DNA from: an uncultured Verrucomicrobiota bacterium | Lineage (GTDB): Bacteria; Verrucomicrobiota; Verrucomicrobiia; Limisphaerales; CAIQOK01 | DNA: 64,000 nt | Direction of reading: 5' to 3' | Assembly: GCA_903873415.1 (NCBI GenBank) | Contig: CAIQOK010000034.1 | Span: 43,962 to 107,961, forward strand | Shown here: positions 29,388-39,258 of the stretch, one piece after another | Position numbering within the stretch: the stretch's first letter is position 1 | Layout of the letters: every line of letters starts with the position of its first letter | Position numbers and translations under genes: made by a program | The notes under the pieces: generated by a model | The model's input: the letters and a program-made list of their open reading frames with translations, nothing else | Database searches by the model: none | What the model was told of the DNA's origin: nothing

Positions 29388-30728
29388 ATGAAGCGACGTT
29401 TCATTTTCGGGCTGGTCACCGCCGTGCTGGCAGCCAATCTTTTTCTGGGGGCACGGACCTATTTGAGCAGCGCCGCCGCCGCCGAAAAGGATTCCGCCTA
29501 CCCCAATCTAAAGCTCTTCTCCGAGGTGATGGAAAAGGTCCGCGTCGATTATGTCGAAGGCAAGGATCTGACCTATCAGCAACTGGTCTATGGCGCCCTG
29601 AAGGGAATGATCAACACTTTGGATCCGCACAGTGAATTCATGGATGCGGAGAAGTTCAAGGAGCTCCAAAACGACACCGAGGGCCAGTTCGGCGGCCTGG
29701 GCATCATCATCGCCCACAAGGACAACTTCGTCACGGTGGTTGCGCCCATGGAGGATTCCCCCGGATTCAAGGCGGGGATTTTGTCTGGAGACCGCATCGT
29801 GAAGATTGGAGCCAAGAACTCCGCAAAGATGGGGTTGGAGGATGCTGTGAAATTACTCCGTGGCGAGCCCGGAACCGAAGTCAGCCTGACCATTGAGCGC
29901 CCATCCAGCGGGCTGGTGAAGGAATTCAAGTTGAAACGCGCCGTCATCAGCGTGGACATGGTCGTCGACATCAACGGCAAGAAGAAGTTTCCGCTCGGCG
30001 ACAACAAGATCGGCTATGTTCGGCTGGTACAGTTCGGCGAGAAGACCAGTGACGATCTGGAGACTGCCTTGAAAAAACTCAAAGGGCAGGGGATGCGGGC
30101 GCTCATTCTGGACCTGCGCTGGAATCCGGGCGGCTTGCTGGATCAGGCCGTGGAGGTGTGTGAAAAGTTTTTGCCGCGCGGACAGTTGGTGGTTTCCACC
30201 GAGGGTCGCAACTCCCGTCAGAATGCGGTCCATCGCGCCGCCGGGCACGGCGACGAACTGGTCAACGACGAGGGCGCCCCAATGCCCGTTGTCATTCTTG
30301 CCAACGGCATGAGTGCCAGCGCGGCGGAGATTGTTTCCGGCTGCCTTCAGGATCTGCATCGCGCTGTCGTTCTGGGTGAGAAAACCTTTGGCAAAGGGTC
30401 GGTGCAAAGCATCATCCCCCTGGAGGACGGTTCCGCGTTGCGTTTGACCACCGCCCGTTATTACACGCCCAGCCACAAGGTGATTCATGAGGCTGGCATC
30501 TCCCCGAACATCACCGTGGCGGTTTCCGAGGAGGAGGAGCGTGACATTCTGCTCAAGCGCTCGCCGGGCGGTTTGGAAACGCTCAATGAGAAGGATCGTG
30601 AGCGGGTGCAAAGCGCCCGCGACCCGCAATTGGAGCGGGCTGCGGACCTGCTCCAAGGCATGCTCATTTTCAGCGAACGCACCTCGGAAAAGCCGCCGGC
30701 CCGTGCCGGTAAAATGGCGGGCAAATGA
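29388..30728 (+). CDS. ctpA: S41-family C-terminal processing peptidase
   Basis: The ATG at 29388 gives MKRRFIFGLVTAVLAANLF (signal anchor). It has a PDZ segment (GFKAGILSGDRIVKI), then LDLRWNPGG, SASAAEI and GKGSVQ catalytic-region motifs. The track ORF starts 27 nt earlier at a TTG. Confidence 0.9.
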   Translation: MKRRFIFGLVTAVLAANLFLGARTYLSSAAAAEKDSAYPNLKLFSEVMEKVRVDYVEGKDLTYQQLVYGALKGMINTLDPHSEFMDAEKFKELQNDTEGQFGGLGIIIAHKDNFVTVVAPMEDSPGFKAGILSGDRIVKIGAKNSAKMGLEDAVKLLRGEPGTEVSLTIERPSSGLVKEFKLKRAVISVDMVVDINGKKKFPLGDNKIGYVRLVQFGEKTSDDLETALKKLKGQGMRALILDLRWNPGGLLDQAVEVCEKFLPRGQLVVSTEGRNSRQNAVHRAAGHGDELVNDEGAPMPVVILANGMSASAAEIVSGCLQDLHRAVVLGEKTFGKGSVQSIIPLEDGSALRLTTARYYTPSHKVIHEAGISPNITVAVSEEEERDILLKRSPGGLETLNEKDRERVQSARDPQLERAADLLQGMLIFSERTSEKPPARAGKMAGK

Positions 30729-30803
30729 TCGCTCCGCTCCGGTGTCTCAGACTATGAGCCCGGCCACCTGCCCTGGCTTTATTTTCCTTTCACACAACCG
30801 CTA

Positions 30804-31847
30804 ATGATCCTGCTTGCTTTTGAAACCTCCTGCGATGAAACCAGCGCAGCGGTGGTGCGTGACGGGAGGATTCTCTCCTCCGTGGTTTCGTCCCAGATCA
30901 AATTGCATGAGGAGTATGGCGGAGTGGTGCCCGAACTGGCCGCCCGCGAGCATTTGCGCAACCTCATGCCGGTTGTCCGGTCGGCTTTGCACCAGGCAGG
31001 ACTTGTCCCCGTGGAACTGGATGCTTTGGCCGCCACGCAAGGCCCCGGATTACCCAGTGCCCTCATGTCCGGTTTCAAGGCCGCCCAGGCAATGGCCTTT
31101 ATGCTGCGCAAACCTTTTGTGGGAATGCATCATCACGAGGCGCATCTTTATTCGCCCTGGATCGCGGGCAATCCGCCGGTGGCGGATTTCGGCGGCTTCC
31201 AGCCCAACGTCTCCCTCATCGTCAGCGGCGGTCACACAATGCTGGTTCATGTCTGCAGCGAGCTGAAGCACCGCGTGTTGGGGGGGACGCTCGACGACGC
31301 CGCCGGCGAATGCTTCGACAAATCAGGCAAGCTCATGGGCTTGCCCTATCCTGCAGGGCCGGTGATTGATCGCTTGGCGGGGCAGGGGAACCCCAAAGCC
31401 TTCGGGTTTCCCCGGCCCTTGGTTCACGATGTAAACGATGATTTCAGCTTCAGTGGCTTGAAAACCTCGATTCGCTATTTTCTTCGGGACAACCCTTCTT
31501 TGCTGGAGAACCCGGGGCACCTGCGGGATTTGTGTGCCAGTATACAGGCCTCCATTGTCGAGGTTCTGGTCGCTAAGACAATTAAAGCAGCCCGCCGCCT
31601 CAAGGTTCGATGCGTGACCGCATCGGGCGGGGTTTCTTGCAACCGCTCCTTGCGTCATGAATTGGCTGCGGCTTGCGCCCGCAACGGGCTTCTTCTGCGG
31701 CTGGCCGAGCCTGGGTTCTGTACGGACAATGCCGCCATGATAGGGATTCTGGCTGAGCGCAAATTACTTAAACACGCCGCCATGACAGCATGGGATGACG
31801 AAGTGCGTCCCAATTGGCCTCTTGATGAGGTCGCGCCGCACTTCTGA
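30804..31847 (+). CDS. tsaD: tRNA N6-adenosine threonylcarbamoyltransferase TsaD
   Basis: 347 aa. ...ETSCDETSAAV..., the metal-site motif HHHEAHL, and ...VSGGHT... Confidence 0.95.
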   Translation: MILLAFETSCDETSAAVVRDGRILSSVVSSQIKLHEEYGGVVPELAAREHLRNLMPVVRSALHQAGLVPVELDALAATQGPGLPSALMSGFKAAQAMAFMLRKPFVGMHHHEAHLYSPWIAGNPPVADFGGFQPNVSLIVSGGHTMLVHVCSELKHRVLGGTLDDAAGECFDKSGKLMGLPYPAGPVIDRLAGQGNPKAFGFPRPLVHDVNDDFSFSGLKTSIRYFLRDNPSLLENPGHLRDLCASIQASIVEVLVAKTIKAARRLKVRCVTASGGVSCNRSLRHELAAACARNGLLLRLAEPGFCTDNAAMIGILAERKLLKHAAMTAWDDEVRPNWPLDEVAPHF

Positions 31848-31860
31848 TTCCATCGGGGCC

Positions 31861-31890
31861 GGCTTGCAGCCACTGCAACGCCGTTTTTTT
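31861..31890 (+). terminator. rho-independent terminator after tsaD
   Basis: GGCTTGCAG, a cca loop, then CTGCAA(C)GCC (9 bp with one bulge), followed by GTTTTTTT. Confidence 0.55.
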
Positions 31891-32061
31891 ACTGCAGATG
31901 TGCCGGGGCGTCATGCCAGTGATGGCCTTTAGAACCAGACACTAACACTGCAGTCGGTGATTTTAATCCCCAGTCCGCCGCTACGGACTTTCCTCTTTGC
32001 AAGCTGGCAGTGTCTCCAAAATAATTTGAATCGGCCCATTCCATTGCCCGTCAGTTAATGG

Positions 32062-32760
32062 ATGCGTGTCGAGCGGGCTTTCACCTTGATCGAATTGTTG
32101 GTGGTCATCGCCATCATCGCGATTCTCGCGTCCATGCTTCTCCCCGCCTTGTCGGCGGCCAAGCAAAAGGCGTGGAAAACGAGCTGTGTTTCCAATCTGC
32201 ATCAACTGGGCTTGGGCATGCGCATGTTTGCGGATGAGAACAACGAATTCTATCCCGAATCCGGAGGGACCATCAGTTGGGGCGCCATCGATGTCTCGAG
32301 GCCTGGCGGATCCGGAAAGCTCGGCTGGATGGAGCAGATTGTTTCCTACACCGGGGGCACGAACGTTTTCACCTGTCCCGGCAATGTGCAACTCCCGGCT
32401 GGTATGCGCGGACCATTCAACTATTTCAACGGCGACCGTGCGGCATTCGTTGCTGCCGGAGCTGCTGCGCCGGTCAAAGACACTTTCATCCGGTTCCACT
32501 CAGCCTATGTCTTGTCCGGCGACACCTGCGGCATTCCGAATGTGAGCGGCGGCGGAAGCTTCGATCCGCTGGATGCCGACAAGGATGACTACACTCAGAA
32601 CTGTGTGGGAGGGGCGGTGAATGGCTCGCCATATGAACTCTGGCAGGTTCATTCCCTCGGCCAGAACCTCCTTTTCGCGGACGGCCGGGCCAAATGGTAC
32701 CGCGGCTACGAAACGAACGAAATGACCTTCCGTTACGATTCCATGCACGGCTGGCAATAG
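32062..32760 (+). CDS. prepilin-type N-terminal cleavage/methylation domain protein, H-X9-DG family
   Basis: The N-terminus [26 protein letters not shown] is a type IV pilin-like signal. The C-terminal [12 protein letters not shown] matches the H-X9-DG motif typical of PVC 'DUF1559' paralogs. Confidence 0.8.
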   Translation: MRVERAFTLIELLVVIAIIAILASMLLPALSAAKQKAWKTSCVSNLHQLGLGMRMFADENNEFYPESGGTISWGAIDVSRPGGSGKLGWMEQIVSYTGGTNVFTCPGNVQLPAGMRGPFNYFNGDRAAFVAAGAAAPVKDTFIRFHSAYVLSGDTCGIPNVSGGGSFDPLDADKDDYTQNCVGGAVNGSPYELWQVHSLGQNLLFADGRAKWYRGYETNEMTFRYDSMHGWQ

Positions 32761-32823
32761 CCCAAGACCTTGCCAGTGTGTTTCTGTTATCAACCCTGTT
32801 GTCTTTGAGCCTTTGTGTGTTTT

Positions 32824-33624
32824 ATGAAATTCCGGCGAGCGTTCACCTTGATTGAGCTGCTCGTGGTCATCGCGATTATCGCGATTCTGGCTGCGCTGCT
32901 CCTGCCCGCGCTTTCCAAGGCCAAAGAATCCGCCAAGGCCTCCGCCTGCCTTAACAACATGAGGCAGGTTGGAGTTGCGACGAAAATGTATCTGGACGAC
33001 GCCAGCGGGGTGATGGTTCCGCTCTGGATTCAGGAGGGCAACCCAGCCTGGGGCGCTTGGGCCTACGATGCTTCCAGCTTTGTCATTCAAGCGCCCGGGC
33101 GTTTGTGGTGGCCGGACAAACTCCGGCTGGGCGGCTATCTTCCGGCGCAAAAGACTTTTGATTGCCCGGTTCTCACCCGGCCCGCCACCGGCAGTTTTGG
33201 CGGATCCGTCAGCCTCACCCATACCTTGGGGATCGGAATGAATTATCCCGAATACGGATGGGTCGCTCCCCTGCCCGGATTCGGTTCTCCTGTCTATGCC
33301 ACCAGCAAGGAAAGCCAAGTGGCCAAGCCCGGACAGTCTATTGATTTTGCCGATGCGGGGCAGATCTCCAATTCAAGTGAAAGCAACGCCGACAATTGGA
33401 TTGAGGTTCCGGCCACCGGTTGCGCCTATTTCCGCGTGCCCAGCGATGTCGTGGATTACGATGTGGGGGATTCCCGTTCAGTTCCGCGGCACGGCGGACG
33501 GGTGAACGCGGCTTTTTTTGACGGGCATGTCCAAAAGTTGCGCAACACCAGCATCCGCTATGATCTGGTTCGTACCGACGGAAATGTCCAGTGGGCGCGA
33601 AACAACAGGGGCGTCCTTCCTTGA
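32824..33624 (+). CDS. prepilin-type N-terminal cleavage/methylation domain protein, H-X9-DG family (paralog)
   Basis: The ATG at 32824 gives [30 protein letters not shown]. The C-terminal [12 protein letters not shown] fits the motif. The track ORF begins 9 nt earlier at a GTG. Confidence 0.8.
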   Translation: MKFRRAFTLIELLVVIAIIAILAALLLPALSKAKESAKASACLNNMRQVGVATKMYLDDASGVMVPLWIQEGNPAWGAWAYDASSFVIQAPGRLWWPDKLRLGGYLPAQKTFDCPVLTRPATGSFGGSVSLTHTLGIGMNYPEYGWVAPLPGFGSPVYATSKESQVAKPGQSIDFADAGQISNSSESNADNWIEVPATGCAYFRVPSDVVDYDVGDSRSVPRHGGRVNAAFFDGHVQKLRNTSIRYDLVRTDGNVQWARNNRGVLP

Positions 33625-33706
33625 ACCCCGTCCGTCCCTGACGCACGGTTGACCGGCCGCATTTCCGCTTTGCGTTCCGCCCGGCTTGGCGGTTTAATCT
33701 CACGCG

Positions 33707-34936
33707 ATGAAAATTGTTTTAGCTTATTCGGGCGGTCTCGACACCTCGGTCCTCATGTCTTGGATCAAGGAGAAATACAATGCCGAGATGATCGGTTTCT
33801 GCGCTGACATTGGTCAGGAGGAGGAGCTTAACGGCCTGGAAAAGAAGGCCCTGAAGACCGGTGCATCCAGGATTTACATCGACAATTTGCAGGAGGAATT
33901 CGCGCGTGATTTCATCTTCCCGATGATTCAGGCCAGCGCGATTTACGAGGGCCAATATTTCCTTGGCACCAGCATCGCCCGCCCTCTCATCGCCAAACGC
34001 ATGGTGGAGATCGCCAGAAAGGAGAAGGCCGACGCCATTGCCCACGGAGCGACTGGGAAAGGCAATGATCAGGTCCGCTTTGAACTGACCGCTGCGGCGC
34101 TCGCGCCGGACTTGCAGGTCATCGCTCCCTGGCGTGACGAGCGCTATCGCAGTGAATTCCCTGGACGCCAGGAGATGATCGATTACTGCGCCAAGCATAA
34201 GATTCCGGTGCAGGCCAGCGCCAAGAAGCCTTACTCGATGGACCGCAATCTTCTGCATATCTCCTACGAGGCCGGCATCTTGGAAGACCCCTGGTATGAC
34301 TCCCATGACGCAAAGAACCGTGACTATTTCACGACGCTGTCCGTGCTGCCGGAAGACGCGCCGGACAAGGCCGAGTTTGTCGAATTGGATTTTGTCAAAG
34401 GCGATTGCGTGGCGGTCAATGGTAAGAAGCTCAATCCGCTCGGTGTGATGAAGGCGTTGAACAAGCTTGGCGGCAAGCATGGCGTCGGCCGCGTGGACAT
34501 GGTTGAGAACCGATTCGTTGGCATGAAATCCCGCGGCGTCTATGAGACCCCCGGCGGCGCCATCCTCCATTTCGCCCATCGCCAGATGGAATCCCTCACC
34601 ATGGATCGAGAAGTCATGCACCAGCGCGATGCCCTTGTGCCCAAGTATGCCGAGTTGGTCTATAACGGCTTCTGGTATGCTCCTGAACGCCATGCCCTGC
34701 AGGCTTATGTCACCGAAAGCCAGAGGAACGTGGCCGGCACGGTCCGCGTGAAACTCTACAAGGGCAACATCATGGTCAGCGGCCGCAAATCCCCGGTCAG
34801 CCTCTACAATCCCCACATCGCCACGATGGAAGCCGACCCGACCAAGGCCTATAACCAGGACGACGCCACCGGATTCATCCGCTTGAACGGTCTGCGCCTG
34901 AAAGTCGCCGCCAAGGTGCATGCCGGAAAGAAATAG
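33707..34936 (+). CDS. argG: argininosuccinate synthase
   Basis: 409 aa. AYSGGLDTS (ATP PP-loop), ...[15 protein letters not shown]..., ...[11 protein letters not shown]... Confidence 0.97.
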   Translation: MKIVLAYSGGLDTSVLMSWIKEKYNAEMIGFCADIGQEEELNGLEKKALKTGASRIYIDNLQEEFARDFIFPMIQASAIYEGQYFLGTSIARPLIAKRMVEIARKEKADAIAHGATGKGNDQVRFELTAAALAPDLQVIAPWRDERYRSEFPGRQEMIDYCAKHKIPVQASAKKPYSMDRNLLHISYEAGILEDPWYDSHDAKNRDYFTTLSVLPEDAPDKAEFVELDFVKGDCVAVNGKKLNPLGVMKALNKLGGKHGVGRVDMVENRFVGMKSRGVYETPGGAILHFAHRQMESLTMDREVMHQRDALVPKYAELVYNGFWYAPERHALQAYVTESQRNVAGTVRVKLYKGNIMVSGRKSPVSLYNPHIATMEADPTKAYNQDDATGFIRLNGLRLKVAAKVHAGKK

Positions 34937-35099
34937 CCTGAACACGGAAATATCCCGCTCATCCACCTCCTCCGCGCCCATCCCTGATAAAGCAAATTAA
35001 AACACTACTTGGAGCCGCAATGCGGCGGCGGATTCAACGGGTTTTCGGGGTTGTGTGGGATGGCCGAGGCGCGCCCTTTTTGCGGGGCAGAGTTGATGG

Positions 35100-35420
35100 A
35101 CATAACTGGGCGGCAGGGGGATAACCCCATTGACCCGCCCTTTATGTCGTGCATCCGGACGCCGTGGGCGCCGGGATTCATGCAGACTCAATTTGGCGGC
35201 CAAGCCCCGGAAGGTTGGTCCTAGGCTTGCGGTGAAGCGCCTCGATCCCCGTCAAACGCAACAGACGGCATCACCCGCTTGCGATTGACGGCCAAATTAT
35301 CCCGGCTCAGAAGCACCGACACCTTCGAAGTGCCGTAAACCGGATGCTTGAGGTGCTGCTCGTCAAAGTGCCGCATCACTCAGAGCTTCTCTGCTCTCTC
35401 CGGATGGCGCTGGTAATTTT
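35100..35420 (-). pseudogene. relic of an IS3-family (IS407/IS2-like) transposase orfB, truncated and multiply frameshifted
   Basis: Minus-strand pieces in three frames read ...LPAPSGESREAL / VMRHFDEQHLKHPVYGTSKVSVLLSRDNLAVNRKRVM / (after a 1-nt shift) RLLRLTGIEALHRKPRTNLPGLGRQI / ...VRMHDI... These are collinear with the remembered pattern YRxPxP..LxLMRxIDExxLxxPFYGSRRM...G..VNRKRVxRLMRLMGLEAIYPKPRTS.P...H..YPYLLR...VWxxDITYI. No inverted repeats or intact ORF remain. The boundaries are approximate. Confidence 0.55.
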
Positions 35421-35621
35421 ATTGTCTGCTTAACAAGCTGTTGAAAAGACATGTTTTGAAAAAACGACCTTCAAGAGAATTGGGCTTTGGGCAGGGTTTT
35501 TCATCCGGAAAACCGTTTTTTAACAGCCTCTTAAGACTTATACGCAGATCTCCGGAAATCACTCTTTAAAAATCAGCTTCCTCTTCTGGAGTTGCACCGA
35601 CCGTAATCGTGGGTTCGCATT

Positions 35622-36098
35622 GTGGGCTGTGTGGTTTTGCTTCAAATTCCCGTCAGCCTCCGGCATGCTGAACAGGTGAGCCATAAAAGCGCCAAAATTG
35701 CCGCGATGATTGACGGGTTCCGCGGCCGGGAGCTGGATGCGCATTATCTGGGGTATTTCGAGTGTTTCAACCGGCAGCTTTTCTTCGAGGCCCACGATGT
35801 GCTTGAGGAACTCTGGCTGGCGCAGCGTCAGGGCGCCAACTATTCCTTTTACAAGGGGCTGATTCAATTGGCTGGAGCCTTTGTGCATCTCCAGAAAAAC
35901 CGCCTTCGCCCCGCCGCCGCTCTCTTCCGGCTCGCCGAGGATAATCTGCTTAAATACCCTCCGGTGCACGAGCGATTGGATCGAGACCGTGTTCTTGGGC
36001 TCATTTCGGAATGGCGGGCGCGCTTGGTATCGGGTGCCTTTGAGGTGAATCCTCTGCTGACAGACCCGGATCCTCATTTGGATTTAACCGGGGTTTGA
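35622..36098 (+). CDS. DUF309 domain protein
   Basis: ...GYFECFNRQLFFEAHDVLEELWLAQRQGANYSFYKGLIQLAGAFVHLQKNR... is the DUF309 helical motif. The track start is a GTG; the in-frame ATG at 35706 is an equally plausible start. Confidence 0.7.
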   Translation: MGCVVLLQIPVSLRHAEQVSHKSAKIAAMIDGFRGRELDAHYLGYFECFNRQLFFEAHDVLEELWLAQRQGANYSFYKGLIQLAGAFVHLQKNRLRPAAALFRLAEDNLLKYPPVHERLDRDRVLGLISEWRARLVSGAFEVNPLLTDPDPHLDLTGV

Positions 36099-36195
36099 CT
36101 GGAAGGATGCCGGGCGTTTTTTTGCGCGCAGGCCCCTGAGGTGGTAACACATAAAGGAATGGAATTTGGTTTCGGCTGTTTTGCCGGAGCTGCAT

Positions 36196-37062
36196 TCAGC
36201 GCGTTGGTTTGCAGGAGGAGCACCCGCACTTCGTTTCGCCTCTTCCGCTTTTTGCCCGGCCCGCTGCGTTCCAGCCCGGGTTTAGCACCCAATGCCGCCC
36301 CACGTGTTGACTATTGGCGATGGCCTGTGTGATGTGTTCCTTTGCTCCCGCCACGGCCTCGGAGAGAGGGTGATCGTAAGCCAGCAAGGCCGCGACCGCC
36401 GCCGAGTAGGTGCAACCCGTTCCGTGTGTTGACATCCCGCCCACAAAAGGCGCTGTTAGCAGCAGTTCGCTGGTGCCGTCGAAAAAAATGTCGGCGGCTT
36501 CTCGCGTGTTTTTCAGATGTCCGCCCTTGACCAGCACCGCGCAGCCGAATTTCCCCTGAATCTCCCGAGCTGACCGGCGCAAATCTTCCAGCGACTTGAG
36601 TGGCCGTCCGGTCAGCAGCGCGGCTTCGTCGAGGTTGGGGGTGATCAGAGTGGCCAAGGGCAGGAGTTCTTTTTCCAGGATGCGGAGGGCGTTGCCCTTC
36701 AGCAACGGTGTGCCGCTGGTGGAGACCAAGACGGGATCCACCACCAGCGGTGTCTTGCGGTGAGTGCGGAAATAGTCCGCGACCACGTGGATGATTGATG
36801 CCGAGTAGAGCATGCCGGTCTTGGCCGCTTTCGGGGGCAGTTCGCTGAAGACCGCATCAAGTTGCCGGAGAATCATGTCCGGGCTGCAGGGCTGGATGCC
36901 GGTGAGGACCTTCGGGTTTTGGGCGGTGACACAAGTCAGCACGCTGGTGCCGTGGACAGCCAAGGCCTGAAAGGTTTTCAAGTCCGCCTGAACACCCGCT
37001 CCGCCGCCGCTGTCAGATCCGGCGATGGTCAGGGCGATGGGAATCCGCTGTTGCTTTGTCAT
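36196..37062 (-). CDS. thiD: hydroxymethylpyrimidine/phosphomethylpyrimidine kinase
   Basis: 288 aa. ALTIAGSDSGGGAGVQADLKTF, ...DPVLVSTSG..., ...GTGCTYSAA... There are about 25 extra C-terminal residues relative to the usual end near ...LNPGW. Confidence 0.9.
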   Translation of the reverse strand: MTKQQRIPIALTIAGSDSGGGAGVQADLKTFQALAVHGTSVLTCVTAQNPKVLTGIQPCSPDMILRQLDAVFSELPPKAAKTGMLYSASIIHVVADYFRTHRKTPLVVDPVLVSTSGTPLLKGNALRILEKELLPLATLITPNLDEAALLTGRPLKSLEDLRRSAREIQGKFGCAVLVKGGHLKNTREAADIFFDGTSELLLTAPFVGGMSTHGTGCTYSAAVAALLAYDHPLSEAVAGAKEHITQAIANSQHVGRHWVLNPGWNAAGRAKSGRGETKCGCSSCKPTR

Positions 37063-37153
37063 GTCCGAAGTATACCGGTCCGGTGCGGATTGTCAGCGGT
37101 GCTGTGAGAACTTGACACTTGGAACCGGGCTTCCAGAACGCCATAGTTTCCGC

Positions 37154-38920
37154 ATGGACAAAGAACAGGTTGCCGAGATTCTGCTTGAGATCGGTATATT
37201 ACTCGAGTTGAAGGGGGAAAACCCATTTAAAACGCGGGCCTATGCCGGCGCGGCGCGGACGATTGAAACCCTCCACGAGCCGCTTGCCAAAATCGTCGCC
37301 GAAAACCGGCTTGGTGAGCTCAAAGGCATCGGCGAAGCCTTGCAGCAGAAAATCACCGAGCTGGTCACCACTGGCAGGTTGGATTACCACGAAAAGCTCA
37401 AGGCGTCCGTTCCTGCGGGTTTGATGGCGATGCTGGAGGTGCCGGGGTTGGGCCCGAAAAAAATAATTGTGCTGCGCCGCGAACTGGGAGTTGAAAGTGT
37501 CGAGGCGCTGGAACAGGCCTGCCGCGAGGGGCGTGTGGCCGGCTTGGAGCGGTTCGGTGAGAAAACCCAGTCGAATATTCTCGATGGAATCGCCCGCCGG
37601 CGCGCCTATGCCACCCAACATCTTTACGCCGACGCGCTGCGGGTTGCGGAACCGATGCTTGAGGATTTGCGGCGGCATCCTGATGTGATCCGGTGCAGTG
37701 CGGCCGGCAGCCTGCGCCGCAACCGCGAGGTGATAGGAGATATTGATTTTCTGGCCTCGTCCAAAAAACCCGCGGAAGTGATCGCCCACTTCACCAGCCA
37801 GCCTGCCGTTATCAGCATCATTGCCCGTGGGGACACCAAGGCGAGCGTGCTGTTGGAGGGCGGGATCCAGTCGGATCTGCGGGTGGTCAGCGACACTGAA
37901 TATCCTTTCGCCCTGCTCTATTTCACGGGCAGCAAGGAGCATAATATTGCGATGCGTCAGCGGGCCATTGAGCGCGGATTGCGCCTCAATGAATACGGCC
38001 TGTTCCGGTCCACGGAGGAGACGCGCGATCCTGCATTAATGGTGGAGTGCCGCACGGAGGAGGAGGTGTTTGCCGGGCTGGGACTGCACTTTGTTCCGCC
38101 TGAACTGCGGGAGGATGCGGGCGAATTTACGGCTGCCGAAAAGGAAGAATTGCCGCGCCTCATCGAGTGGGGCGACCTCAAAGGATCGTTGCACAACCAC
38201 TCCACTTGGAGCGACGGCCGCCAGACCCTGGAGGAAATCGCTTCCTCCATGGACGAGCTGGGTCTGGCTTACTGGGCGGTGACGGATCATTCCAAGAGTT
38301 CTTTTCAGGCCAATGGTCTGGAGGCTGCACGCCTGCGTCAGCAAATACGGGAAATCCGCGAGATCAACCAGCGCCTGGCCAGTGAGGGCGTGGATTTCCG
38401 GCTGCTTACAGGAACCGAAGTCGATATTTTAAAGGACGGGAAGCTGGATTTTACCGACGAGGTGTTGTCAGAACTCGACGTGGTCGTGGCCAGCATTCAT
38501 CAGCGTCTGGCGGAGACCGAGGCCGAGACCACCACGCGCCTGATCCGGGCGGCTCAAAATCCCTATGTCCACGCTTTGGGGCATTTGAGCGGACGGCTAC
38601 TGCTGGCTCGCGAACCCTACAAATTCGATGCCCATGCGGTGATTGATGCCTGCGCGGCTGCGGGGACCTGGATTGAATTCAATGCCGCACCGGAACGGTG
38701 TGACATGGATTGGCGGTTGTGGCCTTACGCCAAGAGCAAGGGGGTCAAATGCGTCATCAATTGCGACGCCCATCGGCTCGATCATGTCGGCTATCTCCGG
38801 CTGGGCGCGGGGCTGGCGAGCAAGGGCTGGCTGACCAGGGCGGATGTGATCAATACCCTGCCGCTCCCGGCATTGATGAGGGAATTGGCCCGCAAGCGTC
38901 AGCCCCCTGGTCGGAGCTGA
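37154..38920 (+). CDS. polX: family X DNA polymerase with C-terminal PHP phosphoesterase domain
   Basis: The ATG at 37154 gives MDKEQVAEILLEIGILLELKGENPFKTRAYAGAARTIE (the Pol X 8-kDa domain). It has HhH GIG motifs, the nucleotidyltransferase motif GSLRRNREVIGDIDFL, and PHP motifs LHNHSTWSDG and ...VTDHS... The 43 upstream codons of the track ORF overlap thiD and are unlikely to be coding. Confidence 0.9.
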   Translation: MDKEQVAEILLEIGILLELKGENPFKTRAYAGAARTIETLHEPLAKIVAENRLGELKGIGEALQQKITELVTTGRLDYHEKLKASVPAGLMAMLEVPGLGPKKIIVLRRELGVESVEALEQACREGRVAGLERFGEKTQSNILDGIARRRAYATQHLYADALRVAEPMLEDLRRHPDVIRCSAAGSLRRNREVIGDIDFLASSKKPAEVIAHFTSQPAVISIIARGDTKASVLLEGGIQSDLRVVSDTEYPFALLYFTGSKEHNIAMRQRAIERGLRLNEYGLFRSTEETRDPALMVECRTEEEVFAGLGLHFVPPELREDAGEFTAAEKEELPRLIEWGDLKGSLHNHSTWSDGRQTLEEIASSMDELGLAYWAVTDHSKSSFQANGLEAARLRQQIREIREINQRLASEGVDFRLLTGTEVDILKDGKLDFTDEVLSELDVVVASIHQRLAETEAETTTRLIRAAQNPYVHALGHLSGRLLLAREPYKFDAHAVIDACAAAGTWIEFNAAPERCDMDWRLWPYAKSKGVKCVINCDAHRLDHVGYLRLGAGLASKGWLTRADVINTLPLPALMRELARKRQPPGRS

Positions 38921-39186
38921 ACTATCTGTAAAGGGACTGATCCTCGGTTGGACTGCCGGCATTCTTGTTCAGTGCGACGTTGTCTGCCAGAGAGGCGCGG
39001 ATCTGGATATGTTGGCGGGAAAGGCTGAACCGAGTGCCAGTTTGATTGGATGGCTGTGTTTTATTTTGGGAATGGCAGGTCAACCCGGAAAGTTATCATA
39101 CTAAAACATTGGTGGAAAAATATTCATTGTCCGCCGAGGTTGGTTGAACACTCCACCGATTTGTCTTCGTTGCTGGTTCAGCCATT

Positions 39187-39225
39187 GATCCGAATCCAGC
39201 CGCTCAATCCGGCTGGATTCGGATT
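39187..39225 (+). promoter_or_regulatory. long perfect hairpin in the panC leader (function unknown)
   Basis: CCGAATCCAGCCG (39190-39202) pairs with CGGCTGGATTCGG (39210-39222), a 13-bp perfect stem. It extends by A-T, T-A and G-T pairs, has a 7-nt loop, ends 34 nt before the panC ATG and has no T-run. Confidence 0.3.
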
Positions 39226-39258
39226 GATTGCAGGGCAGGCCTGTTCCAACTTCACACC

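Noticed and set aside
35426-35546. An imperfect inverted repeat, CTTAACAAGCTGTT / AACAGCCTCTTAAG, about 100 bp apart, considered as MITE or IS termini.
   Set aside because: Only 11 of 14 positions match. There are no target-site duplications. The left copy falls inside sequence that may still be decayed transposase coding sequence.
37063-37153. A TPP riboswitch expected upstream of thiD.
   Set aside because: Only 91 nt separate thiD from the divergent polX start, and the segment lacks the CTGAGA ... ACCTGATCTGGATAATGCCAGCG core elements.
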